From a virus (lineage: Duplodnaviria > Caudoviricetes): a stretch of 55,616 nt of DNA. The translations under genes and the position numbers were made by a program. Location: positions 1 to 55,616 of the IMG/VR virus record IMGVR_UViG_3300005663_000053; one strand, 5' to 3'. Positions 34,479 through 44,167 of this stretch are shown here, in pieces. Below the pieces are notes generated by a model. It did no database searches. It worked only from the letters and a program-made list of their open reading frames with translations, and had not been told where the DNA came from. Every line of letters begins with the position of its first letter. Position 1 is the first letter of the stretch.

Positions 34479-36067
34479 TGAACCTGCTCACCGAGATCGT
34501 CGAGCGCGTTGCCGCCGTCGATGAGAAAACCCAGGCGAAACTCAACGACGATGTTGTAGCCGCGGCTGGCAATATCATTGATCTTGCCGACGGCGTCTGG
34601 CTCCCGAATCCAGGCTCGCAAACCGAGGCGTATTTCTGCGAGGCCGATGAGATCGGCTATGGCGGCGAGGCGGGCCCGGGCAAGACCGACCTCCTCATTG
34701 GCCTGTCGCTCACGGCGCATCACCGCTCGCTGATCCTGCGCCGAACCAACAAGGAGGCGGGCAAACTCGTCGAGCGCTACTTCGAGATCCTCGGCCACCG
34801 CCGGGGCCTGAATACCGTCAAGGGCACCTGGGAGTTGCCCAGCCGCCTGATCGAATGTGGCGGCGTCCAGCACGAGGACGATAAGCAGAAGTACAAGGGC
34901 ACGCCGCGCGACCTGATCGGCTGGGATGAAGTCGTCGACTTCACGCGCTCGCAGTATCTGTTCGTCAACCAGTGGAACCGAACGACCGACCCGAACCAGC
35001 GCTGCCGGGTTGTGGCCACATTCAACCCGCCGATTAGGCCTGTGGGCCTGTGGGTGATCGAGCATTGGGGACCATGGCTCGATCCCAAGCACCCCAACCC
35101 GGCCAAGTCAGGCGAGATTCGCTGGTTCACCGCCATCAACGGGCGCGACACGGAAGTCGACGGCCGAGGCCCGCATATCGTCGATGGCGAGCCGATCATG
35201 GCCAAGAGCCGCACCTTCATCCGCGGCTATCTGCACGAGAACCCGGACCTGGCCGAAACCGGATACGACGCCACCAGGGCAGCGGCGCCGAAGGGCCTCC
35301 GGGAGATCTACCGAGCCGGGGACTTCGAGGCCGCACTTGCTGATGTGCCGAACCAGCTCATCCCGATGGCCTGGGTCCGCGCCGCGCAGGCCCGCTGGAC
35401 CGACAGCCCGCCGCTGCACGCGCCGATGTGCTCCATGGGAGTCGACGCCTCTGGCGGCGGCGATGATCCGATGATGATCGCCATGCGCTACGACGGCTGG
35501 TACGCGCCCTTAATAGAGGTGCCCGGGGCCGAGCTGAAGGTGGCGCGCATGGGCTCGATGTCGGCCGGCATCGTCGTCTCGCACCGCAGGAATAACGCCG
35601 TTGTCGTGGTTGATCTCGGCGGCGGTTACGGCGGTGCGCTCTACGAGAAGCTGCACGAGAACAACATCGAGTGCGTGGGCTTCAAGGGCGCGGAGGGATC
35701 GAACAAGCGCACCCAAGATCGCAGGCATCTCTTCGTCAACACGCGGACGGCAGCCTATTACGGCTTTCGCGAGGCGCTCGATCCGGACCAGCCGAACGGC
35801 TCGCCGATCGCGCTGCCCGATGACCCCCGCCTCGTCGGCGATCTCACCTCGGCCACTTTCGAGGTGACGCCGAACGGCATCAAGCTCGAGCCAAAGGAGA
35901 AGGTGGTCGAGCGCCTGGGCCGGTCGACCGATTCAGGCGACGCTGTTGTCATGGCCTGGTGGGCGGGAGCGACCGTGGCCACCCACGGCACCATCTGGCG
36001 CAAAGCATTGAGAAACCAGCATCGGCCCGCAGTCCATCGCGGGCATGACGCGCAACGCAGGAAATAG
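34478..36067 (+). CDS. terL: Terminase large subunit
   Basis: YGGEAGPGKT Walker A, IGWDE Walker B, TFNP, GVDASGGGDD nuclease motif, RSTDSGDA. Confidence 0.93.
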   Translation: MNLLTEIVERVAAVDEKTQAKLNDDVVAAAGNIIDLADGVWLPNPGSQTEAYFCEADEIGYGGEAGPGKTDLLIGLSLTAHHRSLILRRTNKEAGKLVERYFEILGHRRGLNTVKGTWELPSRLIECGGVQHEDDKQKYKGTPRDLIGWDEVVDFTRSQYLFVNQWNRTTDPNQRCRVVATFNPPIRPVGLWVIEHWGPWLDPKHPNPAKSGEIRWFTAINGRDTEVDGRGPHIVDGEPIMAKSRTFIRGYLHENPDLAETGYDATRAAAPKGLREIYRAGDFEAALADVPNQLIPMAWVRAAQARWTDSPPLHAPMCSMGVDASGGGDDPMMIAMRYDGWYAPLIEVPGAELKVARMGSMSAGIVVSHRRNNAVVVVDLGGGYGGALYEKLHENNIECVGFKGAEGSNKRTQDRRHLFVNTRTAAYYGFREALDPDQPNGSPIALPDDPRLVGDLTSATFEVTPNGIKLEPKEKVVERLGRSTDSGDAVVMAWWAGATVATHGTIWRKALRNQHRPAVHRGHDAQRRK

Positions 36068-36077
36068 GAGAGACATC

Positions 36078-36284
36078 ATGGGCGCACTTTTCGGCGGAGC
36101 CCCCAAACCGCCTCCGCCTCCACCACCACCTCCACCGCCGCCATCGCCGGCCCCTCTGCCCGATCCAGAGAACGTGGCGCTGCGTCAGCGCAAGCGCCGC
36201 CTCGCTGCCACGGCCACGAAACGATCGGGATTTCAGTCGACCATCCTTTCCGAACGCGGCGGCATAGAGAAGCTCGGTGCGTGA
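36078..36284 (+). CDS. Small proline-rich protein upstream of portal
   Basis: MGALFGGAPKPPPP...STILS...KLG; AGGAG RBS. Confidence 0.7.
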   Translation: MGALFGGAPKPPPPPPPPPPPPSPAPLPDPENVALRQRKRRLAATATKRSGFQSTILSERGGIEKLGA

Positions 36285-36498
36285 TTCGCCTTGCCTCCCG
36301 AAGTCATACGGCAGGCCAGGTGAATCGCTGCGTATCGCTGCCTGACCTGCGCTCACGAATGGCTTCAGAAGCTAGGCCCTAGCCAAGGTTGGAAGCGAAT
36401 ATACCGGGGAGGGAAATGGTGCGAGTTGTTCCTTCAGCCCCATCCCCCTCCGTTCGGATGTCCCAGATGTGGACATATCTACATGAAGTGGATGAACT

Positions 36499-36807
36499 AT
36501 GCCGACCTTGACTGAAAACGATCCAGGAAGGCGACGCGCAGTCACCGAGGCCCTCTGGACAACGCTGACGCTCGCCTACCGCGACCCTGGTGATCGTTCC
36601 GGCCAACCAGTGGCGATACCAATAAACGAGGCGGTTGGCGCACTCCTCACATGCGTCGTCAACCTAGTGGCGGAAGTGCCGGACGCGGCGGCGCGCGGGA
36701 AACTGATCACCTTGATCCCGCCTCTGATTGACCGCGGTGTGCGCGCCGCGCGCAACCAACCCGGCTTCAAGTTACAGCCGGTGAGCGGAATCATCCTACC
36801 AAACTGA
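36499..36807 (+). CDS. Hypothetical protein
   Basis: ORF directly upstream of portal. Confidence 0.55.
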   Translation: MPTLTENDPGRRRAVTEALWTTLTLAYRDPGDRSGQPVAIPINEAVGALLTCVVNLVAEVPDAAARGKLITLIPPLIDRGVRAARNQPGFKLQPVSGIILPN

Positions 36808-36814
36808 GCGACAC

Positions 36815-38503
36815 ATGGATGAGCGACACAGAAAGCTCCTGAAAGACGGCGACCGGCTGTTCTCCGAGCGCAAGGATCTCGACTCGTTTTGGCAGGAGGT
36901 CGCGCTCAACTTCTATCCAGAAGTCGCCACCTTCACGACCACGCGCTCTATAGGCGAGGAGTTCGCCGACCACCTGACCACGTCCTACCCCTTGATCGCG
37001 CGCCGAACCCTCGGCGATGCCTTTTCGGCACTCCTGCGTCCCGTCAATCTGGATACGACCTCGCCCGGGGTGTGGTTCTCCATTATCACGACCCGCGAGG
37101 AGCGCGAGGACATGCAAGCCAAGCGCTGGCTCGAGTGGGCGACCACCATCATGCGCCGGGCCATGTATGATCGCGCCGCCAATTTTGTGCGGGCCACCAA
37201 GGAAGGCGACCACGCCTTCGCGACTTTCGGCCAGTGCGTACTCACCATCGAGCTCAACCGCGCAAGGGATACCCTTCTTTATCGGTCGTGGCATTTGCGG
37301 GATGTGGCTTGGGTGGAGAACGCCGAGGGCGAGATCGACACGGTTCATCGCAAGTGGAAGCCCACGGCCAGCCAGCTCGTTGCCACCTTTGGCTCACACG
37401 TCTCGGACAAGGTCAAGGAGGCGCTCAAGGACAATCCCTACACGAAGTTCGAGTGCCGCCACATCGTGATCGCCGCCGACAACTACGAGCAGAGGGATCC
37501 GGCCGGCAAACGCTACCGCACTCCTTGGGTCTCGGTCTGGATCGATGTGACCAATGACTATCTCATGGAGGAGATCGGCTCGTTCTCGCGCATCTACTTG
37601 ATCCCGCGCTGGGTCACCGTGCCCGGCTCGCAATACGCCTCCTCCCCTGCGGTTACCGCAGCCCTGCCCGATGCGAGGCTGATCCAGGCGATGACGCTGA
37701 CGCTCTTGGAGGCGGGCGAGAAATTTGCCGACCCGCCGATGATCGCGACGCAAGAGGCGATCCGAACGGACATCCAGCTCTTTGCCGGCGGGGTGACTTG
37801 GGTCGACGCCGAGTATGACGAGAAGCTCGGCGAGGCGTTGCACCCCCTTTACCACCCGGCTGGCGGCCAAGGGGTGAGCATCGGCCTCAATATGCGCGCC
37901 GATGTGCGCGAGGCGCTCACCGAGGCGTTCTTCCTCAACTCCCTCTCGCTGCCGCCCGCTGACGTGCGTGACATGACCGCCTTCGAGACGGCCCAGCGCA
38001 TCTCGGAATGGATTCGTCAGGCCATGCCGATCTTTGAGCCGGTGGAGTTCGAGTACAACGGCGGCACATGCGAGGATACCTTCGACCTCCTCATGCGCAA
38101 CGGGGCGTTCGGCTCCCCCGCCGACATCCCGGAGACACTCCGCGGCGCCGACCTCCAGTTCAAGTTCGAGAGCCCGCTGCACGAGTCCGCCTCGCGCCGT
38201 AAGGGCCAGAAGTTCCTCGAGGCCAAGGCTGCGCTCGTTGAGGCCGTCGAGCTGGATCCTGATGCGGCCCCCATGCTCAAGGCGGTCGACGCGCTCCGCG
38301 ACGTGCTCGACGGCATCGGCGTGCCGGCCGACTGGACCCGCGACGAGCGCGAACTCGAGGAAAAGAACGAGGCCAGGCGCCAAGCAGAGGCACTCCCAGC
38401 CATGATCGGGACTGCTGGCGCCGCGGCGGGCGTCGCCAAGGATGTGGGGAGCGCGGTCAAGGACTTCGCTGGGGCGCAAGGCACCGGACAGCCAGCGGGC
38501 TGA
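36815..38503 (+). CDS. Portal (head-to-tail connector), podovirus type
   Basis: 562 aa; SNF-like ANF...FG, IPRW...Y..SP...ALPD, MTAFE..QR..E, FESPL. Confidence 0.9.
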   Translation: MDERHRKLLKDGDRLFSERKDLDSFWQEVALNFYPEVATFTTTRSIGEEFADHLTTSYPLIARRTLGDAFSALLRPVNLDTTSPGVWFSIITTREEREDMQAKRWLEWATTIMRRAMYDRAANFVRATKEGDHAFATFGQCVLTIELNRARDTLLYRSWHLRDVAWVENAEGEIDTVHRKWKPTASQLVATFGSHVSDKVKEALKDNPYTKFECRHIVIAADNYEQRDPAGKRYRTPWVSVWIDVTNDYLMEEIGSFSRIYLIPRWVTVPGSQYASSPAVTAALPDARLIQAMTLTLLEAGEKFADPPMIATQEAIRTDIQLFAGGVTWVDAEYDEKLGEALHPLYHPAGGQGVSIGLNMRADVREALTEAFFLNSLSLPPADVRDMTAFETAQRISEWIRQAMPIFEPVEFEYNGGTCEDTFDLLMRNGAFGSPADIPETLRGADLQFKFESPLHESASRRKGQKFLEAKAALVEAVELDPDAAPMLKAVDALRDVLDGIGVPADWTRDERELEEKNEARRQAEALPAMIGTAGAAAGVAKDVGSAVKDFAGAQGTGQPAG

Positions 38504-38612
38504 TCTGGGGAAAACTGGGATAAATCTCGTTTCCAGTTATCGCGCGAAAACAAGGGCTTAGGCTAAGATCCCGCGAAAACTGGAATCTATCTGGGGACAA
38601 TTGGGTAAATCA

Positions 38613-38930
38613 ATGGCTCGCAAAGCTCCGGCCGGCGCCCCATGGGCACCCGCTCCCTATCAGCTCGCCGACATAGGGGCCATCCAGGCGATGGCCAAGG
38701 GCGAGGCTGAACCCCACCAGCAAGTCCGCGCCTTGAAATGGATAGTTGAGGACGTGTGCCGAACCTACGACTTGTCGTTCCGGCCCGACTCCGAGCGCGA
38801 CACCGCGTTCGCCGAGGGCCTACGTCACGCTGGCCTGCAAATCGTCAAGGCCACCAAGATCAACACGAAACTATTGAGGAAAGATCATGCCCCCAGACCC
38901 AAACCCAGCACCGAACAACCCGGAACCTGA
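38613..38930 (+). CDS. Bbp19-like head-associated protein
   Basis: SFRPDSERDTAFAEGLRHAGLQI directly after portal. Confidence 0.7.
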   Translation: MARKAPAGAPWAPAPYQLADIGAIQAMAKGEAEPHQQVRALKWIVEDVCRTYDLSFRPDSERDTAFAEGLRHAGLQIVKATKINTKLLRKDHAPRPKPSTEQPGT

Positions 38931-39909
38931 TTCCCCCCCAGCGGGAGACCCATCGCCGCCATCGCCGGACAGCCCGCCCGAACCTCCCACGGGGGGCGAA
39001 GGGCCCGATCCGAGTCCAGCCCCGGACCAGCCCCCTGGGGATGGCGGCGATCCCACCTTGGCCGAGGGCGGCGGTGAGGGAGAAGACGAACCCCAGCCGA
39101 CGCCCACCATCTTTCCCGACAACTGGCGCGCGCTCGCCTCGGGCGGTGATCCGAAGACCGAGCAGTACCTTGGCCGCTATGCGAGTTTCGGAAACGTCGT
39201 CAAAGCACTCATGGCCTTCCGGCAGAAGATGTCGGCTGGCGAATTGCAGGCCACGAAGCCAGACGGCACCGATGAGGAGGTGCTCAACGAATGGCGTGCC
39301 CAGGCTGGCATTCCTGCGGAACCCGAGGGCTATCTCGAAAGACTGCCTGAGGGGCTGATCATCGGCGAGAGCGACCAGCCGCTGGTCGCTTCGTACCTCA
39401 CCGCCATGCACGCGGCCGATGCGCCGCCAGCCTACGTCCATGAAGGGCTCAAATGGTACTACGCCAACGAGGAGCGCTTGCTCACCGAGCAGACCGAGGC
39501 CGACAAGACAAACCGAGCCCAGAATGAGGACGAGCTCAGGGCCGAATGGGGCCCGGAATACCGCCCCAACTTGAACGGCGTCCATGGGCTTTTCGACAGC
39601 CACGGCGTCAAAGGACTCAAAGAGAAGTTCTTCGCGGCCAGGCTCAACGACGGCACGCCCTTCGGTGATGACCCTGACATCCTCCGTTTCCTGGCCTGGG
39701 CTGCTCGCGAGATCAACCCACACGGCACCGTGACTCCAGCGCCCGGAGAGACGCCGCTGCAAACCATTCAGGCCGAGAAGACACCACTCGAAGCCCTCAT
39801 GTCAGACAAGAACTCCGAATACTGGAAGGGTCCGAAGGCCTCGGGTTTGCAGGCGCGCTGGCGTGAGCTGGACGAGATGGAGCAGCGGCATAAGTCCAGG
39901 GCGACGTAG
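38887..39909 (+). CDS. Capsid scaffolding protein (putative)
   Basis: Pro/acidic N-terminus, PDNWR, G.PAEPEGY, LRAEWG; between portal and capsid. Confidence 0.75.
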   Translation: MPPDPNPAPNNPEPDSPPAGDPSPPSPDSPPEPPTGGEGPDPSPAPDQPPGDGGDPTLAEGGGEGEDEPQPTPTIFPDNWRALASGGDPKTEQYLGRYASFGNVVKALMAFRQKMSAGELQATKPDGTDEEVLNEWRAQAGIPAEPEGYLERLPEGLIIGESDQPLVASYLTAMHAADAPPAYVHEGLKWYYANEERLLTEQTEADKTNRAQNEDELRAEWGPEYRPNLNGVHGLFDSHGVKGLKEKFFAARLNDGTPFGDDPDILRFLAWAAREINPHGTVTPAPGETPLQTIQAEKTPLEALMSDKNSEYWKGPKASGLQARWRELDEMEQRHKSRAT

Positions 39910-40794
39910 GTGCGCCCGATCTACGACAACACCGTCATCCACATCGAGGTCGTGGTCGGGGCCTGTCACCTATCGTGCGCCAACTGCACGCGGATGATCG
40001 GTCACCACCGCAAGCCCATGTTCATGGACCTGGACATGATCCGAAAGGCGATCGCCTCATTGGAAGGCTTCCCTGGACGGATTGGAATGATGGGCGGGGA
40101 ACCCGCGCTGCATCCGAAGTTCCGGGAAATTCTGGCATTATTCCGGGAGAAAATCCCCGACAAGGGGCGCCGCGAGTTCTGGACCAGCGGGTTCAAGTGG
40201 GAGGTATACGAATCCGATATTTTGGAGACCTTTTACAAGAAGCGCATCTCCTACAACGACCACACCCAAACGACGGGGCGCCACCACCCGCTCCTGGTCG
40301 CCATCGAGGAAGTCGTTGAAGACCCGGAACTTCGCCGGATCATGATCGAGAACTGCCCCTTCCAGGCCCGGTGGAGCGCCTCCATCACCCCGAAGGGCGC
40401 GTTCTTCTGCGAGATCGCCGCCGCTCAGGACTGGCTCTTTGACGGGCCAGGCGGCTACCCAGTCGAGCCCGGCTGGTGGCAGAAGATCCCAGCCGAGTTT
40501 CAGGATCAAGTGGATCGCTACTGCGGCAAATGCTCTGGGGCGCTGCCGCTTACGCCCCATTCCGACAATCGCGGCGGGCGGGATGGGCTGTCGGTGGACT
40601 TGGTATCGCCCGGCAATCTTGAACGGTTGAAGGCGGCCGGATCACCACGGGTCGCCAAAGGCGGCTATAAGGTGATCAACCAAGCGGCCTATAGTCAGAT
40701 CGCGGTCGACGTCGCACACTGGAAGCCGCGCGAGTTCCGCGACTTCGAGGCGCACACGCCGGAGGATGTGAAAGAGGCTCTCAGCAACGCATGA
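39910..40794 (+). CDS. Radical SAM protein
   Basis: CHLSCANC, MGGEPALHP; additional Cys CPF, FFCE, CGKC. Confidence 0.88.
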   Translation: MRPIYDNTVIHIEVVVGACHLSCANCTRMIGHHRKPMFMDLDMIRKAIASLEGFPGRIGMMGGEPALHPKFREILALFREKIPDKGRREFWTSGFKWEVYESDILETFYKKRISYNDHTQTTGRHHPLLVAIEEVVEDPELRRIMIENCPFQARWSASITPKGAFFCEIAAAQDWLFDGPGGYPVEPGWWQKIPAEFQDQVDRYCGKCSGALPLTPHSDNRGGRDGLSVDLVSPGNLERLKAAGSPRVAKGGYKVINQAAYSQIAVDVAHWKPREFRDFEAHTPEDVKEALSNA

Positions 40795-41174
40795 CCCCGC
40801 TCACCCGCCGCATGGCCCTGCGCGCTTTCGCAGCCGCCTTCGTCTCGGCACCCGTCGTTGCCGAGGCGCAGAAGCGCGCCATGGTGCTGGCGCCCGGGAT
40901 CAGCAATGAAGGGATCGAGCCTCCTTCTTCGGACAATGAAAGGCTCACTTTTACCGATTACGCGAGCTGGTTCTCGCGCGTCGGTCATGCGGAAATCACG
41001 CGGCAAGCATCCTACATCCATGGCTTCGACGGCGACATTATCGACTTCCACCTGCCGATGGTGACCAAGGTTCGCATGCAGCGCGCACGCAATTACGAAC
41101 GCATTCTGGCGGAACGCAAACGCTGGTTCGTCAAGAAAATCGGCCTTAAGGGATTCGTCAATTGGTGGGAGTAG
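40791..41174 (+). CDS. Hypothetical protein with twin-arginine-like signal
   Basis: MTPLTRRMALRAFAAAFVSAPVVAEA. Confidence 0.6.
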   Translation: MTPLTRRMALRAFAAAFVSAPVVAEAQKRAMVLAPGISNEGIEPPSSDNERLTFTDYASWFSRVGHAEITRQASYIHGFDGDIIDFHLPMVTKVRMQRARNYERILAERKRWFVKKIGLKGFVNWWE

Positions 41175-41480
41175 GCGGCGAATTGGCCGGATAAGGCTGA
41201 CGACACTGGACATGAGGGATTTCGACATTTAGGCTTCTTTTGAAAGAAGCAAAGCCGCAGGGCGGACACCCGCGCTTCCGCGTCCCGCCCCGCGCACGAG
41301 CAACCGAGGGCAACGCCCTGCTAGGTTGAGCGACGGCCCCGCCGGCCGGCAATAAGCAATAAGCAATTTTTCGGCGGACACCCCCTAGCACACACAAGCA
41401 GACACCCTGCGCCACGGTTTCCGGCAACCCCAGGCCCGTCTCGCTCAGTGCGAGCGCGATGGGCATGTTGGAGACCCATC

Positions 41481-42335
41481 ATGGCTGACACTGCCTTCCA
41501 ACGTCAGTATCGGCAGGAGTTCATCGCCGCCTTCGAGGACCGCCAAACGATTCTGCGCGCGACCTGTGTGCAGGAGGCGGTTATCTCAGGCAACGAGGCG
41601 GTATTCCTGGTCGCCGGCTCAGGCTCCGCGAGCGCCGTCACACGCGGCGTCAACGGCCTGATCCCGGCACGCGCTGACGCCTTGGATCAGAACACCGCAA
41701 CGCTCCGGGAATATCACGACCTGGTGCGCAAGACCAACTTCAACATCTTCGCTTCTCAGGGTGATCAGCGCCGGATCATGCAGATGACCTCGATGAGTGT
41801 CATCAACCGGCAGATCGACGACTTGATCATCGCTCAGCTCGACACCTCGACCAACAACACCGGCACGGCGGCCATCGCATCCTTGGACGTGGTCGTGTGG
41901 GCAATGACGATCCTTGGCAACAACTTCGTCGACATCACCGACGAGGACAACCTGTACGCCTTGGTCAGTCCCGCCTTCCACGGCTACATGATGCAGGTGC
42001 CAGAGTACGCTTCGGCCGACTACGTCGAGGTCAAGCCGTTCACTGGCCCGGCGCGGCGCTTCCGCCGCTGGGCTGGCTTCAACTGGATGGTCCACCCGCG
42101 GCTCACCAACTCGGTGGGCGCCGGCGGCAGTGGCTCATCCGAACAGTGCTTTTTCTATCACCGCGATGCCATTGGCTGCGCGATCGATAGGGATGGCATC
42201 GACATGGCTGTGGGCTACGATGAGGAGCAGGCATATTCGTATGCCCGCGAATCAATCCACATGGGCGCGGTCCTCTTGCAGAACTCTGGAGTCGTCCAAG
42301 CACTTCACGACGCCTCCGGCTACGCAGCGACATAA
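41481..42335 (+). CDS. Major capsid protein
   Basis: 284 aa; AFQRQYRQEFIAAFE..Q..LR, R.IDDLII, WAGFNWMVH, HRDAIG; GGAG RBS; position in head module. Confidence 0.88.
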   Translation: MADTAFQRQYRQEFIAAFEDRQTILRATCVQEAVISGNEAVFLVAGSGSASAVTRGVNGLIPARADALDQNTATLREYHDLVRKTNFNIFASQGDQRRIMQMTSMSVINRQIDDLIIAQLDTSTNNTGTAAIASLDVVVWAMTILGNNFVDITDEDNLYALVSPAFHGYMMQVPEYASADYVEVKPFTGPARRFRRWAGFNWMVHPRLTNSVGAGGSGSSEQCFFYHRDAIGCAIDRDGIDMAVGYDEEQAYSYARESIHMGAVLLQNSGVVQALHDASGYAAT

Positions 42336-42345
42336 GGAGGGAATC

Positions 42346-42684
42346 ATGGCTTACGCATCTTCTACGGAAGGTTCCAGCGCCAATGTCCCTCTGCTAATCG
42401 CTCAGGGCATTGCGTCAACTGGATTGGGGTCGTCACTCCCCTCGACGGGGGCCGCAGGCTCGTGGTCACCGCCGAACACGTGGGGTTACAAGTCCACGCA
42501 CGACTCCTCCGACATAGCCGAGGCTGGCTTCTTCACCGATGGCCAACAGCTCGGCATGTCGCTCGGCGATTGTCTGATCGCTTCGAGGTCAACGACCTAC
42601 ATAATCTCGAATCACGTGATCAACGCAGTCACGAGCACGGGCGTTACGGTTTCCGCCGGTCTCATCGTGAGTTCGGCTTCGTAA
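42346..42684 (+). CDS. Putative capsid decoration protein, Ser/Thr-rich
   Basis: Strong AAGGAGG RBS directly after the capsid gene; followed by a terminator. Confidence 0.7.
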   Translation: MAYASSTEGSSANVPLLIAQGIASTGLGSSLPSTGAAGSWSPPNTWGYKSTHDSSDIAEAGFFTDGQQLGMSLGDCLIASRSTTYIISNHVINAVTSTGVTVSAGLIVSSAS

Positions 42685-42707
42685 CCACCTCTCTTAACTC
42701 AACCCTT

Positions 42708-42736
42708 GGGGCGACCTTCTTGGTCGCCCCTTCTCT
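42708..42736 (+). terminator. Intrinsic terminator after the capsid/decoration genes
   Basis: GGGGCGACC-TTCTT-GGTCGCCCC-TTCTCT. Confidence 0.75.
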
Positions 42737-42749
42737 ATGAGGAGAGATC

Positions 42750-43385
42750 ATGCAAGAGACAAAAACTGCGGCGGTTCCCGAGGATCCAGGCGGTCCAGGA
42801 TCCGAAGGTATCGAGACGGCGGTCAAAGGCGACCCAGAAGGTGTCGAGACCCATGCCGAGCCGCCACACGCTGCTACGGTGAAACCCGGATCTCCACCGC
42901 CAGAGCCTCAGCCGCAGCCTCCAGCCCCGGCCCAAGTGGCTCCGGTCCCGGTCCAAGCGGCGCGGCTGCATTTCGGCCGGCTCAAGGAGGCCGAGCACGC
43001 GCGCCGCACCTTGTTCGCCGACATTCCGGCCGGGACAGAAATCGCCACCATTCTCGAGCCCGGCTATTGGGCGCACCACACCGCCTCAATCCGGCCCATG
43101 GACCTGATCGAGGCGTTCTGCGAGGACGGCTCATGGGAGGCGCTTCTACGCGTCATGTTCGTCGGTCGGGTGGAGGTCCGGGTATCACCGATCCATGTGG
43201 TCCAACATGAACAGGCCGATGTCGCCGACCTCACGTCCGATCTGTACGTGGTCAAATGGAGAGGCCCAGGCGCTAAGTGGGGGGTGTTGAACCGCGACAC
43301 CGGCGAGGTGATCAAGGATCGCTTCTACCCCAAGTCCCAGGCCGTCGCCTACCTGCGCGACCATCTGAGGAAAATGAAGACCTGA
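42750..43385 (+). CDS. Hypothetical virion-module protein
   Basis: GAGGAG RBS; Pro-rich N-terminus; PGYWAH, KWRGP. Confidence 0.75.
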   Translation: MQETKTAAVPEDPGGPGSEGIETAVKGDPEGVETHAEPPHAATVKPGSPPPEPQPQPPAPAQVAPVPVQAARLHFGRLKEAEHARRTLFADIPAGTEIATILEPGYWAHHTASIRPMDLIEAFCEDGSWEALLRVMFVGRVEVRVSPIHVVQHEQADVADLTSDLYVVKWRGPGAKWGVLNRDTGEVIKDRFYPKSQAVAYLRDHLRKMKT

Positions 43386-43388
43386 GCC

Positions 43389-44039
43389 ATGGCCACCGAC
43401 CAACTCGCGCTTTACAACATCGCCTTGGCCGCGGTCGGCGAACGCTCGATTGCTTCTCTTACCGAGGGACGCGAGCCGCGGCGCTTACTCGATGAAATCT
43501 GGAATCGCGGTGCCGGAGCGATCGAGTATTTCCTTGAGCAGGGCTACTGGAATTTCGCCATCCGCACGGTACAGATCGACCGCTCGACGTCCGTGTCGAC
43601 CTCCTTCGGATTCACCTATGTCTTCGATATACCCACGGACTACATCCGCTTGGTCCAGCTTTCGGCGGGCGAATATTTCGATGATCCGCTTGTCCGCTAT
43701 GAACCCGAGCAGGCCTTCATCTACGCCGACGTCGACCCGATCTATATGCGCTACATCTCGGACGACGCGAGCTTCGGCAACGATCTCACCCTGTGGCCGG
43801 AGACCTTCACACTATGGGCGGGCCATTGGCTTGCGACACAGATCGGCGCGCGCTTCCTGAACGACGCCGACTACAAGGAACTTCAGTTGAAGACGAAAAG
43901 GTATCTCATCGACGCCCGCTCCAAGGACGCCGCCCAGGAGCCGCCGCGGTGGCCGCCGTTATCTTCTTGGGCGAGGGCGCGGTTCGGCCGCTCTACCGGG
44001 CGCCGCGACCGTGGCTCAAGGGGCCAGTTGATCGGGTAA
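43389..44039 (+). CDS. Tail adaptor / tubular protein A (T7 gp11-like)
   Basis: YNIALAAVGE..IASL, WNFA, F.IPTDYIR, Y...W...F, DA. Confidence 0.8.
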   Translation: MATDQLALYNIALAAVGERSIASLTEGREPRRLLDEIWNRGAGAIEYFLEQGYWNFAIRTVQIDRSTSVSTSFGFTYVFDIPTDYIRLVQLSAGEYFDDPLVRYEPEQAFIYADVDPIYMRYISDDASFGNDLTLWPETFTLWAGHWLATQIGARFLNDADYKELQLKTKRYLIDARSKDAAQEPPRWPPLSSWARARFGRSTGRRDRGSRGQLIG

Positions 44040-44046
44040 AGGAAGG

Positions 44047-44167
44047 GTGCGGGCAGGGTTTCCCGCCCTGCTACCGAGCCACCTGTCTGGTATTTCACCG
44101 GACCAAGCTCTCTGACAGACCGCACTAACAGGCGCAGCCTCACCCCGACGCTGTCACGCCGCCGCAC
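44047..44167 (-). ncRNA. Candidate structured small RNA with tRNA-like closing stem and T-arm-like hairpin
   Basis: Minus strand 5' GTGCGG pairs with 3' CCGCAC, directly preceded by a GCAGGG/CCCTGC hairpin; TACAAT at 44179-44174 puts the start at about 44167. Confidence 0.45.

Noticed and set aside
36100-36165. CCN tandem repeat as a CRISPR or VNTR element
   Set aside because: It simply encodes the polyproline tract of 36078..36284; no CRISPR array seen anywhere in the window
15081-36407. 14-bp match AGCGAATATACCGG at 15081 and 36394
   Set aside because: A few 14-mer matches are expected by chance in 55 kb, and the contexts are unrelated
37394-38479. Long antisense ORFs (e.g. 37394..38479, 15683..16606, 26781..27665, 38860..39762, 12790..13662)
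   Set aside because: Shadow frames of well-supported genes in GC-rich DNA; no recognisable motifs
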